Assembly (NCBI GenBank): GCA_019359765.1
Contig: JAHHGU010000013.1
Coordinates: 9,574-73,573 of the forward strand
Reading direction: 5' to 3'
Origin: Aphanothece sp. CMT-3BRIN-NPC111
Lineage (GTDB): Bacteria > Cyanobacteriota > Cyanobacteriia > Cyanobacteriales > JAHHGU01
Length of the DNA: 64,000 nt
Below the pieces are notes generated by a model that was given only the letters and a program-made list of their open reading frames with translations, did not search any database and was not told the DNA's origin. Every line of letters starts with the position of its first letter. Position 1 is the first letter of the stretch. The position numbers were made by a program, and so were the translations under genes. Shown one piece after another: positions 18,781 through 27,872 of the stretch.

Positions 18781-19158
18781 ATGGCTAATAATGGCACTGA
18801 GCAAAACTCATCTGGTTACTCTGAGGGGTTTTCCGCAGGGCTAAAGTTTTGGTTGTTTTTTCTGCTTTCTTTTGTGTTGGTAGGCTATCCTATTCCACTT
18901 AGTATCTTTCTTGGGGCTGTTGGTGGGTTAGCAGGTGGCTCGGTGGTAGCTTGGTGGAAAAGTAAAGATGAACCGAGCGCAGCGGAGCCAGCCGCTACAG
19001 AGGCACCCCAGGAAATTCCTGCTAAGTTGAGTGGTTTCCGTTTAGCAAAACAGAAGAGGGATAATAAAGCAAAAAACCGCCGCTCGTCTGGCCGCCAAGG
19101 GGTGGCTGGCTTGTTGTTCGGAAAAACAGGTCGCTCATCAAAGTCTAATCGTCCTTGA
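18781..19158 (+). CDS. Small membrane protein, hypothetical
   Basis: 125 aa with two hydrophobic segments and a basic tail. Confidence 0.5.
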   Translation: MANNGTEQNSSGYSEGFSAGLKFWLFFLLSFVLVGYPIPLSIFLGAVGGLAGGSVVAWWKSKDEPSAAEPAATEAPQEIPAKLSGFRLAKQKRDNKAKNRRSSGRQGVAGLLFGKTGRSSKSNRP

Positions 19159-19241
19159 TTTGAGTAAGTAGAGACATTCCGGCGGAACGTCAAGACAATA
19201 GACATCTCTAGAAATTCAAGGTGTGTTACCTAAAATCCTTT

Positions 19242-19279
19242 TCTTGACGCGAAATTTCACGTCAAGACATTCATTTTTT
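19242..19279 (+). terminator. Near-perfect 26-nt palindrome followed by a T-tract
   Basis: TCTTGACGCGAAATTTCACGTCAAGA, then CATTCATTTTTT. It lies between convergent genes. Confidence 0.5.
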
Positions 19280-19298
19280 GGAGATGTCTAATATCCAC

Positions 19299-20426
19299 TC
19301 ACCTCAGTGGATATAGGGTATCGCCAGTAGTGGGATCGAACACGAATAGCTCACTAAGGTCGAGTTGCACAAATATGCGATCGCCTAGACGCCCCCGCCA
19401 ATGTGAAAGAGCATGAATATTTAGCAGAACACCCGACGCAGGTAAAGCCGCACGAATTAGCGTCTCCCGCCCCAGCGGCTCCACAACTTTCACTTCAACC
19501 TGTAGAGATGTTGCAGACAAATTCTCTAGATTTTCTTTGCCTCCTTCAACGTTGAGCGCTTCCATAATCAAAATATGCTCAGGACGAATTCCTAAATCAA
19601 AGTTTTGCCCTTCATCAGGTTGCAACTTCTCCTGAACGGCAAGTGGACAAGGTAAGGACTGTTCGCCGACCTGAAACACTCCGCCTCTGTAGGACGCCTT
19701 AAGGATATTCATCGGCGGACTGCCTAAAAAAGTGGCAACCATCCGATTTGCCGGTCGTGTATAGATAGTTTGGGGATCGCCAATCTGCTGAATCTCGCCT
19801 TGATTTAGCACCACAATTTGATCCGCTAATGTCATTGCCTCAACTCGATCGTGAGTGACATAAATAGTCGTGATGCCTAATCGGTGGTGCAATTGTTTAA
19901 GTTCTGCGCGTGTATCGTCCCGCAACTGAGCATCCAAATTAGACAAAGGTTCGTCTAGTAGAAAAACCTTGGGTTCACGAGCTATTGCCCTTCCCAGTGC
20001 TACCCGTTGCTGCTGCCCCCCAGATAGCTGCTTCGGCTTGCGATCTAATAGATGAGCTATGTCGAGCGATCGCGCTACTGTTTCCACTCGTTCCTGAATC
20101 GTTTTCGCGTCTACCTTCCGCATTTGTAGCCCAAAAGCTAGATTCTGGGCAACCGTCATATGGGGGTAGAGAGCGTAGTTCTGGAACACCATCGCCACAT
20201 CCCGCTGCCGTGCTGGGAGATTGTTTACCAAGGTATTCCCAATATAGAGATTACCGGCGGTGGCAGTTTCCAAACCGGCAATTGTCCGCAGAACCGTCGA
20301 TTTGCCGCAACCGGATGGCCCCACTAAAACCCAGAACTGTCCATCTGGCACTTCAAAGGTAATGTTTTCAATGGCAGGGGCATTATTAAATCTTCGTGTA
20401 ATTTTTTCTAATCGAACAGAACTCAT
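19299..20426 (-). CDS. ABC transporter ATP-binding protein, MalK/UgpC/MsmX-type (sugar importer ATPase)
   Basis: Walker A GPSGCGKST, signature LSGGQQQRV, Walker B FLLDEP, and a C-terminal regulatory domain. No permease or binding-protein gene is adjacent. Confidence 0.9.
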   Translation of the reverse strand: MSSVRLEKITRRFNNAPAIENITFEVPDGQFWVLVGPSGCGKSTVLRTIAGLETATAGNLYIGNTLVNNLPARQRDVAMVFQNYALYPHMTVAQNLAFGLQMRKVDAKTIQERVETVARSLDIAHLLDRKPKQLSGGQQQRVALGRAIAREPKVFLLDEPLSNLDAQLRDDTRAELKQLHHRLGITTIYVTHDRVEAMTLADQIVVLNQGEIQQIGDPQTIYTRPANRMVATFLGSPPMNILKASYRGGVFQVGEQSLPCPLAVQEKLQPDEGQNFDLGIRPEHILIMEALNVEGGKENLENLSATSLQVEVKVVEPLGRETLIRAALPASGVLLNIHALSHWRGRLGDRIFVQLDLSELFVFDPTTGDTLYPLR

Positions 20427-20607
20427 GTTCAGAATTTAAGCATTTCTGGTTTTAGCTCTACTTGATAATGGATAACTTTCCCATCTTCCATATCAATGAT
20501 GCAAGTAGAGTTCTTGGTTGATTTGGTTTTTATCGTCATAACGTATAACAAGTTGCGACACACACTACTGATACTACTTTGTACTTCAAGCTCTGTAGAG
20601 CGAGTCT

Positions 20608-20735
20608 CCTGTAGTTCCTGCCTCCAAGTTCAATGAATGAAGTGAACTACCCCGCCCACAAGGGGATGGGGAATTCCCAGCCATCTGATTAAATTATTAA
20701 ATTCATTCATTAAAGTTGGGTTCCTACAGTCAGGT
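20608..20735. repeat. About 125-bp long imperfect inverted repeat (MITE-like or structured RNA)
   Basis: Outer arms CTGTAG...CAATGAATGAA and TTCATTCATTA...CTACAG enclose an inner C-run/G-run hairpin, GAATTCCCCATCCCCTTGTGGGCGGGGTAGTTC (minus-strand reading). Confidence 0.45.
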
Positions 20736-20770
20736 AGTTAGGACAGAAAGCTTTGGTTCCAGCGAAAAAA

Positions 20771-20977
20771 TTATAGTGCTATACGATTGCCAGGAGGTAC
20801 ACCAGGAGGAAAGGCGAAAATCTCCCTACCTTCTAGCTGTGCTTTCTGGTAGAGTGCGATCGCATCTGCCAAGCTATAAGACATGATTGGAATCCACCTG
20901 CCACAGTAGAAGTAGACAACAACTTTACTTGCTGTGTACTCAGGCAATGGGAGAGGATTGTAAAAGGGAGAAATCAC
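20771..20977 (-). CDS. Hypothetical small protein
   Basis: 68-aa ORF only; no recognisable motif. Confidence 0.25.
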   Translation of the reverse strand: MISPFYNPLPLPEYTASKVVVYFYCGRWIPIMSYSLADAIALYQKAQLEGREIFAFPPGVPPGNRIAL

Positions 20978-21390
20978 TCTAAAATATCCAGCGTTTAGTT
21001 ATATATACTCATTTAAGTCTAAAAGCAACGATGAGAGTTAACACGGCTCCTCATGAGCTTCCTGCTTGAACAGGGAGTGCAACCACTTAACTCTCCACAG
21101 GCAGCAACCATAAGTCCCACCGTGGTTTTGAATCAAAATAACAAAATGTTTTTCAACGTAGGACGTAGAAAGTTTTACCCCTTTTGCTGCTTTATATCCT
21201 GTCTGTAATTCCTCTCTAACCAAGCTAGCGCTATTGTGGGAGTACCCTTGCGGCTGTAAAGATGAGAGCGAGCATTGCCTGTCAAGTTTAAAAGGCGCAT
21301 GGAACGGTCACGGGTGCCCTCGGTGCCAAATCTCTACCTTGAGATAAAAGCAGTATCATAACTTTACCTCCAAATTCTTGAGAGGTTAGG

Positions 21391-22275
21391 ATGACAAGTA
21401 TCTACACATCAGTGTCTCAAGCAGAATTAATCCAGCGGCGCCGTCAGTTGCGCCGCCAGCGACGCATAAAATCTTTTCGGGCAATTTGGCGATCGCTTGT
21501 CGTGTGTAGCCTAACTGGTGGTTTAGTCTGGGTAACAACTCTACCGGACTGGGTAATCCGCAAACCCGAGCAAATTAACATTGAAGGGAATCGGCTTCTC
21601 TCAGCACCAACTATTAGATCCCTGCTGGCAATGCCTTATCCTCAATCCTTGCTGCGACTCCAGCCGCAAGTGCTTGCCGAAAAGCTGGAGTCTCAAGCCT
21701 CCATTGCTCAAGCCACTGTTACCCGTCAGCTATTACCTCCTGCGCTTACCATACAAGTGAAAGAGCGACAACCAGTAGCGATCGCACTACGCACAAGCGC
21801 TACCATCTCCCAGCCTCCGCTCTCACCCCACCTCAAGACTTCGCAGGTGGGGTTGTTAGATGCCCAGGGCGTTTGGATGCCGATAGCCAACTACGCGGAA
21901 AGTCAGCGCTCTAAGCAGTTGCCCACTTTAAAAGTTATTGGTGAGAGTTCTCAATATCGTGCCTACTGGCCCCAACTTTACCAGGCAGTGAGCCATAGTC
22001 CGGTCAAAGTTTTGGAGATTGATTGCCAAGACCCAAGAAATCTTATTATCAAAACCGAGCTAGGAATTGTGCATTTTGGGTCTTACAGTTCCCGCTTTGC
22101 TTATCAACTGAGTGTTCTCGATCGCATGCGAGAATTGCCAACTCATCTCAACCCCAGTGATATCGCCTACATTGACCTCGAAAACCCAGACTACCCTTCA
22201 ATCCAAATGAAAGGAGCGATCGCCAAAACGGACAAACATTTGACTAATACAAAAGTACCATCAAAAACAGATTAA
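21391..22275 (+). CDS. ftsQ: Cell division protein FtsQ/DivIB
   Basis: Basic N-terminus, one TM segment and a POTRA-like region. The gene sits immediately upstream of ftsZ. Confidence 0.8.
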   Translation: MTSIYTSVSQAELIQRRRQLRRQRRIKSFRAIWRSLVVCSLTGGLVWVTTLPDWVIRKPEQINIEGNRLLSAPTIRSLLAMPYPQSLLRLQPQVLAEKLESQASIAQATVTRQLLPPALTIQVKERQPVAIALRTSATISQPPLSPHLKTSQVGLLDAQGVWMPIANYAESQRSKQLPTLKVIGESSQYRAYWPQLYQAVSHSPVKVLEIDCQDPRNLIIKTELGIVHFGSYSSRFAYQLSVLDRMRELPTHLNPSDIAYIDLENPDYPSIQMKGAIAKTDKHLTNTKVPSKTD

Positions 22276-22308
22276 CCGCGAGGCAATCATTACCAAGTTT
22301 ATTTGACA

Positions 22309-22335
22309 ATCCGTGTACCTAAAGGTACACGGATT
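22309..22335 (+). terminator. Perfect hairpin AATCCGTGTACC-TAAA-GGTACACGGATT between ftsQ and ftsZ
   Basis: Stem of 11-12 bp located 34 nt after the ftsQ stop. There is no strong U-tract, so it may be an attenuator or a processing site. Confidence 0.35.
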
Positions 22336-22541
22336 CTTGCTTCACAGACAGAAGAACAACTTTACCTTGTACCCCTTGCCCTGCCTCGAGTCTGGGATTA
22401 GTAAAACCGTTGACCAAGCCCTAATTATGTTAAAACTTTTGATAAATGTTTAGCATTGTTACAAACATATATAACATAACAGAGTGGACTAATATCACTA
22501 CCTCAAACTAAAAAGTTGTTTATCTACCATTTCTTATTACA

Positions 22542-23804
22542 ATGACGCTTGATAGTAAACTAGGGCTTGTCCACCAAAGTTCCCATACCGCAGGAAACGC
22601 AGGTCTTGCACTCGCCGTGAACAACTCAAATCCCTTTAGTAACTCTGGGTTACATATAGGCCAATCTCACGATGCCCAAGGCACCTCCATCCCTAGAGAA
22701 GAACTCAGGCGTGACAATATTGTGCCCAGTAGCATCGCCAAAATTAAAGTGATTGGTGTCGGCGGCGGTGGTGGCAATGCAGTTAACCGCATGATCGCAA
22801 GTGACGTCAGCGGTGTTGAATTTTGGTCTATTAACACCGATGCTCAGGCACTATCTCAGTCATCTGCTCGCAAATACTTGCAACTAGGACAAAAGTTGAC
22901 GCGGGGTCTAGGTGCAGGTGGCAATCCAGCTATTGGTCAGAAGGCGGCTGAGGAATCTCGCGACGATATCGCCGCAGCGCTAGAGAATACTGACCTTGTT
23001 TTCATCACCGCCGGGATGGGAGGCGGCACCGGCACCGGCGCAGCACCGATTGTGGCGGAAGTGGCAAAAGAAATGGGTGCTTTGACGGTCGGAGTTGTCA
23101 CACGTCCTTTCATGTTTGAGGGACGACGCCGCACCAATCAAGCAGAAGAAGGCATTGCTGCTTTGCAAGGTCGGGTGGATACCCTGATTGTCATCCCCAA
23201 CGATAAGCTGCTGTCGGTGATTTCAGAACAGACGCCAGTTCAAGAAGCCTTTCGGGTTGCCGATGACATCCTGCGCCAAGGGGTTCAAGGAATTTCGGAT
23301 ATTATCACTATCCCTGGGCTGGTTAACGTTGATTTTGCCGATGTGCGAGCAGTAATGGCGGATGCTGGCTCTGCCTTGATGGGTATCGGTGTTGGCTCCG
23401 GTAAATCGAGGGCGAGAGAGGCTGCTATGGCAGCAATTTCCTCTCCCCTACTAGAGTCTTCTGTTGAAGGGGCACGAGGAGTTGTATTTAATATTACTGG
23501 TGGCAGCGATCTGACGCTACATGAGGTCAATGCTGCTGCGGAAACGATCTATGAGGTCGTCGATCCCAATGCCAATATCATTTTTGGCGCAGTGATTGAT
23601 GAAAGGATGCAAGGCGAGATCCGCATTACTGTCATTGCCACTGGTTTTACTGGTGAAATTCAAACCGTCGCGCCACAAGCGAGAGCATCGCAGCCGCCCA
23701 AGCGACCGACCACACAGACTACCCCCCCTCCTGCTGTTGAGCCTAAACCTCAACAAGGATTGGATATTCCTGAATTTCTCCGAAATCGACGAACCCCACG
23801 TTAA
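22542..23804 (+). CDS. ftsZ: Cell division GTPase FtsZ
   Basis: [28 protein letters not shown], and a C-terminal [10 protein letters not shown] peptide. Confidence 0.97.
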   Translation: MTLDSKLGLVHQSSHTAGNAGLALAVNNSNPFSNSGLHIGQSHDAQGTSIPREELRRDNIVPSSIAKIKVIGVGGGGGNAVNRMIASDVSGVEFWSINTDAQALSQSSARKYLQLGQKLTRGLGAGGNPAIGQKAAEESRDDIAAALENTDLVFITAGMGGGTGTGAAPIVAEVAKEMGALTVGVVTRPFMFEGRRRTNQAEEGIAALQGRVDTLIVIPNDKLLSVISEQTPVQEAFRVADDILRQGVQGISDIITIPGLVNVDFADVRAVMADAGSALMGIGVGSGKSRAREAAMAAISSPLLESSVEGARGVVFNITGGSDLTLHEVNAAAETIYEVVDPNANIIFGAVIDERMQGEIRITVIATGFTGEIQTVAPQARASQPPKRPTTQTTPPPAVEPKPQQGLDIPEFLRNRRTPR

Positions 23805-23910
23805 TTTTAGATTCAAAGATTCCTCATCTAAACTTTTGGCATCAAGCATCTAAAATTTATCTAATTCCAAGATTTCATTCGGTGCCAGCGTAATAAACAG
23901 CTGTGGGATT

Positions 23911-24729
23911 ATGACTAATGCCATCAGAGCAAGCGTACCTGTTGCTCTCACCATCGCCGGTTCAGATAGCGGCGGCGGCGCGGGTATTCAGGCAGATTTA
24001 CGCACCTTCGCCTTTCATTGCGTCCACGGCACCAGTGCCCTGACTTGTGTGACATCCCAAAATACCCTGGGGGTGATGCGGGTAGACGCCCTACCAGCAG
24101 AGGCTGTCGTTGCCCAGGTTCAGGCTGTGGTTACAGATATTGGCGTTCAAGCCTGTAAAACGGGGATGTTGTTGAATCGGCAAATAATTGATGCTGTGGC
24201 AGAGCTGGTGGAAGCTTTAAGTATAGAAAATCTGGTGGTTGATCCCGTGATGGTATCTCGCGCCGGTGCCCAGTTGATTGACGATGACGCCGTGACATCT
24301 TTGCGGGATGTCTTGATACCCAAAGCCTCGATTGTGACGCCCAACCGCTACGAAGCCCAGTTGTTGAGCAATCTGGAGATTAATACACTGGATGATATGC
24401 GGGCTGCTGCCCAACGCATCCATCAGCTGGGGGCGTCGGCAGTCTTAGTCAAAGGGGGAGGTATGCAGGGGAGTCTGCGCGGCGTTGATGTCTGGTTTGA
24501 TGGTCAGCGATTGGAAACTTTGAGAACATCGTCAATCAATACGCTCAATACTCACGGTACGGGCTGTACGCTTTCTGCGGCGATTGCCGCCAATTTAGCG
24601 CGATCGCCGGATCGATTTTCTGCGGTTCGACTCGCTAAAGATTATGTCACAACTGCGTTAAAGTACGCCTTAAATATTGGTCAAGGCGCTGGACCAGTGG
24701 GACATTTTTTTCCGCTCCTGCAATCATGA
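23911..24729 (+). CDS. thiD: Hydroxymethylpyrimidine/phosphomethylpyrimidine kinase
   Basis: ALTIAGSDSGGGAGIQADLRTF and THGTGCTLSAAIAANL. Confidence 0.9.
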   Translation: MTNAIRASVPVALTIAGSDSGGGAGIQADLRTFAFHCVHGTSALTCVTSQNTLGVMRVDALPAEAVVAQVQAVVTDIGVQACKTGMLLNRQIIDAVAELVEALSIENLVVDPVMVSRAGAQLIDDDAVTSLRDVLIPKASIVTPNRYEAQLLSNLEINTLDDMRAAAQRIHQLGASAVLVKGGGMQGSLRGVDVWFDGQRLETLRTSSINTLNTHGTGCTLSAAIAANLARSPDRFSAVRLAKDYVTTALKYALNIGQGAGPVGHFFPLLQS

Positions 24730-24739
24730 GGCTCCCAGT

Positions 24740-25330
24740 ATGAAACCACAGATGCGAAAGGCCACATCCACTAGTCATACAAAACAGGCAACAAGCAACG
24801 CCTACTCTGCTTCTGTGCCAATTTCGGTTTACCGGGAACTGGCAGGTGAGTTGCAGGAAGCACAGGCGATGCTTGGTTCCCTCTACACTAAAAACCAGCA
24901 GTTAGCTCAACAAAATCAACAGCTGCGGCAAGAAGTTGAAAAAGTAGTTCAGTCAGCTCTGTACGCGCAACAGGTTATCGCTTCCTTTCAGTCGGTTGGG
25001 ACAAATGAAGTTCCTTATGCTCGCTCGGAAAATCGAACCGAAGTGAGGACGGAACCCAGGCCAGCGGCTACGGTACGGCGTCATCGACCGCCAGCAGCCC
25101 CTCCAATGGTCGAAGTGGCACCACCTTATCAAAAAGCAGAAACAGTAGCACCAGAGCTTTCTGAGAAGTTATATACAGAACAGGAACAAGGCCGGAATCG
25201 TCGCCCTCCCCAGCCAGAGAAGGCTTCAGATGTGAGTGGCTGGTGGTTATTTGGGGTTATTTGTGTAATTTTGCTGACCTCGTTTGGTACTGGCCTTTGG
25301 ATTGTGCGCCCGCTTTTGAATGGTCGTTAA
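24740..25330 (+). CDS. Hypothetical coiled-coil protein with a C-terminal TM anchor
   Basis: The ATG at 24740 avoids overlap with thiD. There is a Q/L-rich heptad region and a C-terminal WWLFGVICVILLTSFGTGLWIV. Confidence 0.5.
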   Translation: MKPQMRKATSTSHTKQATSNAYSASVPISVYRELAGELQEAQAMLGSLYTKNQQLAQQNQQLRQEVEKVVQSALYAQQVIASFQSVGTNEVPYARSENRTEVRTEPRPAATVRRHRPPAAPPMVEVAPPYQKAETVAPELSEKLYTEQEQGRNRRPPQPEKASDVSGWWLFGVICVILLTSFGTGLWIVRPLLNGR

Positions 25331-25681
25331 GGGTGGCGTAGGCTTCTCAACCTCGCCCTCAAGAAATTTCCTGTCTCAGCGGGTACTATTTAGCGAAGCC
25401 TTATGAGTTAAGTCCAATGGTTGGCAGAAACTTATTCCCAAGTCTTCTATCAATCAAACACTCGTAATCTGTCTAAAGCGTTTATCAAAAAAGTTGATAA
25501 ACGCGCTAGCTCGCTTGTTTCAAGTCGCAGAGGGCATGAGAATTTTCTGGGCGTTGGAAGCGCTGCTGATGGAGGGGATATAAGAGCAAAGTTTAGTTGT
25601 AAGACTAAGCAGAGGCATTCTGCGATCGCATCTGAGCCGTAACCTATACTAAGAGTCTGGACTGTGATTTGAAAAGAAGGT

Positions 25682-27142
25682 ATGGCATCCATCCGCGAGT
25701 TGCACAAACAACTAATACGCAAAGAACGCTCAGCTGTCGAAATTACTCAAGAAGCGCTCAACTGCATTGCAGCGCAGGAACCGAAATTACACAGTTTTTT
25801 GTGCGTGACGTCGGAACACGCCCTAGAACAGGCTCATCAAGTGGATGCCAAAATCGCCGCCGGGGAAGAAATCGGGCTGCTGGCGGGGATTCCCATTGGT
25901 ATCAAGGACAATATGTGTACGAAGGGGATTCCCACCACTTGCGCTTCCCGGATTCTGGAAAATTTTGTGCCCCCCTACTCGTCAACGGTGACGCAAAAAC
26001 TGAGCGACGCTGGTGCTGTGATGGTTGGTAAAACCAACCTTGATGAGTTTGCGATGGGTGGTTCCACGGAAAACTCCGCCTATCACATCACAGCCAATCC
26101 TTGGGATTTGGAGCGAGTTCCGGGGGGTTCCTCTGGTGGTTCAGCGGCAGCAGTGGCGGCAGGAGAATGTACTGTTGCCATCGGTTCCGATACTGGCGGT
26201 TCTATCCGTCAGCCAGCCTCTTTCTGTGGCGTCGTCGGCTTAAAACCCACCTATGGGCTTGTCTCCCGTTTTGGTTTGGTGGCTTTTGCTTCTTCTTTAG
26301 ATCAAATTGGTCCCTTTGGGCGGACAGTCGAAGATGCGGCGATTTTACTGGGGGCGATCGTTGGTCACGATCCCAAAGACTCTACTAGCCTCAACGTCGA
26401 AATCCCAGACTACGCCCAATTACTAAGACCAAACTTCCGCCCTCGAGGTGTCCTGAAAATTGGCGTCATTAAAGAAACCTTTGGCGAAGGCTTAGACTCT
26501 GTAGTTGAGCAAGCAGTCACCAAAGCCATCGGACAGTTGCAAGAATTAGGAGCAGAAATTCATATAATTTCCTGTCCCCGGTTCCGCTACGGTGTACCCA
26601 CCTACTACATCATTGCTCCCTCAGAAGCCTCTGCAAATCTTGCCCGCTACGACGGCGTCAAGTATGGCTTCCGGGCATCAGATGCGGACAATCTCCTGTC
26701 GATGTATACCCACACTCGCGCTGCTGGGTTTGGTCCAGAAGTCAAGCGCCGCATCATGCTGGGCACATATGCCTTATCAGCTGGTTACTACGACGCCTAC
26801 TATCTCAAAGCCCAAAAAGTTCGCACCTCAATCAAGAAGGACTTTGAACGGGCATTTGAACAAGTCGATATCTTAGTATGTCCCACTGCTCCAACTACAG
26901 CCTTCAAAGCTGGGGAAAAAACCGCCGATCCATTAAGTATGTATCTATTGGATTTGATGACAATACCAGTGAATCTTGCTGGTCTGCCAGCAATCAGTAT
27001 ACCCTGCGGCTTCGATGACAAGGGGCTACCAATAGGTATGCAACTAATTGGCAAAGTTCTGCGAGAAGATTTGCTCTTGCAGGTGGCTTATGCTTACGAG
27101 CAAAGTACTGAGTGGCATAAACAAAAGCCGCCGCTGAATTAA
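25682..27142 (+). CDS. gatA: Asp-tRNA(Asn)/Glu-tRNA(Gln) amidotransferase subunit A
   Basis: Amidase signature [13 protein letters not shown], 486 aa. Confidence 0.95.
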   Translation: MASIRELHKQLIRKERSAVEITQEALNCIAAQEPKLHSFLCVTSEHALEQAHQVDAKIAAGEEIGLLAGIPIGIKDNMCTKGIPTTCASRILENFVPPYSSTVTQKLSDAGAVMVGKTNLDEFAMGGSTENSAYHITANPWDLERVPGGSSGGSAAAVAAGECTVAIGSDTGGSIRQPASFCGVVGLKPTYGLVSRFGLVAFASSLDQIGPFGRTVEDAAILLGAIVGHDPKDSTSLNVEIPDYAQLLRPNFRPRGVLKIGVIKETFGEGLDSVVEQAVTKAIGQLQELGAEIHIISCPRFRYGVPTYYIIAPSEASANLARYDGVKYGFRASDADNLLSMYTHTRAAGFGPEVKRRIMLGTYALSAGYYDAYYLKAQKVRTSIKKDFERAFEQVDILVCPTAPTTAFKAGEKTADPLSMYLLDLMTIPVNLAGLPAISIPCGFDDKGLPIGMQLIGKVLREDLLLQVAYAYEQSTEWHKQKPPLN

Positions 27143-27155
27143 AGCTGTCACTAAG

Positions 27156-27216
27156 GGTTAGTGGTTAGTGGTTAGTAGTTAGTAGTTAATAGTTAGAATG
27201 CCTACTAACTACTACC
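27156..27216. repeat. Heptamer repeat GGTTAGT/AGTTAGT x6 plus an inverted partner (hairpin 3' of gatA)
   Basis: TAGTAGTTAGTAG within the repeat is complementary to CTACTAACTACTA at 27202-27214. Confidence 0.8.
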
Positions 27217-27245
27217 GATAGGATGATTATTTAACTAAATTTGGT

Positions 27246-27830
27246 ATGAATTATCTAGCTCATTTATATCTAGCCGAAGATTCATCTGACTCCCTACTGG
27301 GTAACTTTATTGCAGATTTTGTTAAAGGCTCGGCGATCAACCGTTACAGCGATGAAATCAGAAAAGGCATAGAATTACACAGAAAAGTTGATGCGTTTAC
27401 TGACTCACATCCTTTGTTTAAAGAAAGTAAAAAGTTGATGAGTGATGAACATAAACGCTATGCAGGCATAACTGTTGATATATTTTACGATCATTTTTTA
27501 GCAAAGAACTGGTCGAAATATTCAACAATTACACTCAAGGAGTTTACATCAAAAGTATATGATGTACTAGAGATAAACGCTGATATTCTTCCTAAGAATC
27601 TTCAAATAGGCTTGCCGAAGATAAAACTGGAAAATTGGTTAATGTGTTACGAAACCATACAAGGAATTAACCTGACTCTAAAAAGAGTATCTTTAAGATT
27701 AAAAAGAAACAATAATTTAGCAGCAGCAACAGAAGATTTAAAGGCAAATTATCAAAAACTTGAATATTATTTCAAGCTGTTTTTTCCGGACTTAATTAAA
27801 TATGTACAGTCAATCAAACTATTTAAATAA
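27246..27830 (+). CDS. acpH: Acyl carrier protein phosphodiesterase
   Basis: The N-terminus MNYLAHLYLA....LLGNFIADFVKG is typical of AcpH. The gene is visibly more AT-rich than its neighbours. Confidence 0.75.
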   Translation: MNYLAHLYLAEDSSDSLLGNFIADFVKGSAINRYSDEIRKGIELHRKVDAFTDSHPLFKESKKLMSDEHKRYAGITVDIFYDHFLAKNWSKYSTITLKEFTSKVYDVLEINADILPKNLQIGLPKIKLENWLMCYETIQGINLTLKRVSLRLKRNNNLAAATEDLKANYQKLEYYFKLFFPDLIKYVQSIKLFK

Positions 27831-27872
27831 TATCTTATCCAATATCTACCCTAACAGGAAAGCGAAATAACT

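Noticed and set aside
21038-21223. A 61-aa ORF upstream of ftsQ (…HGGTYGCCLWRVKWLH…).
   Set aside because: It has no recognisable family, no clear start context and Cys/Trp-rich odd composition. I left it unannotated, though it may be a gene fragment.
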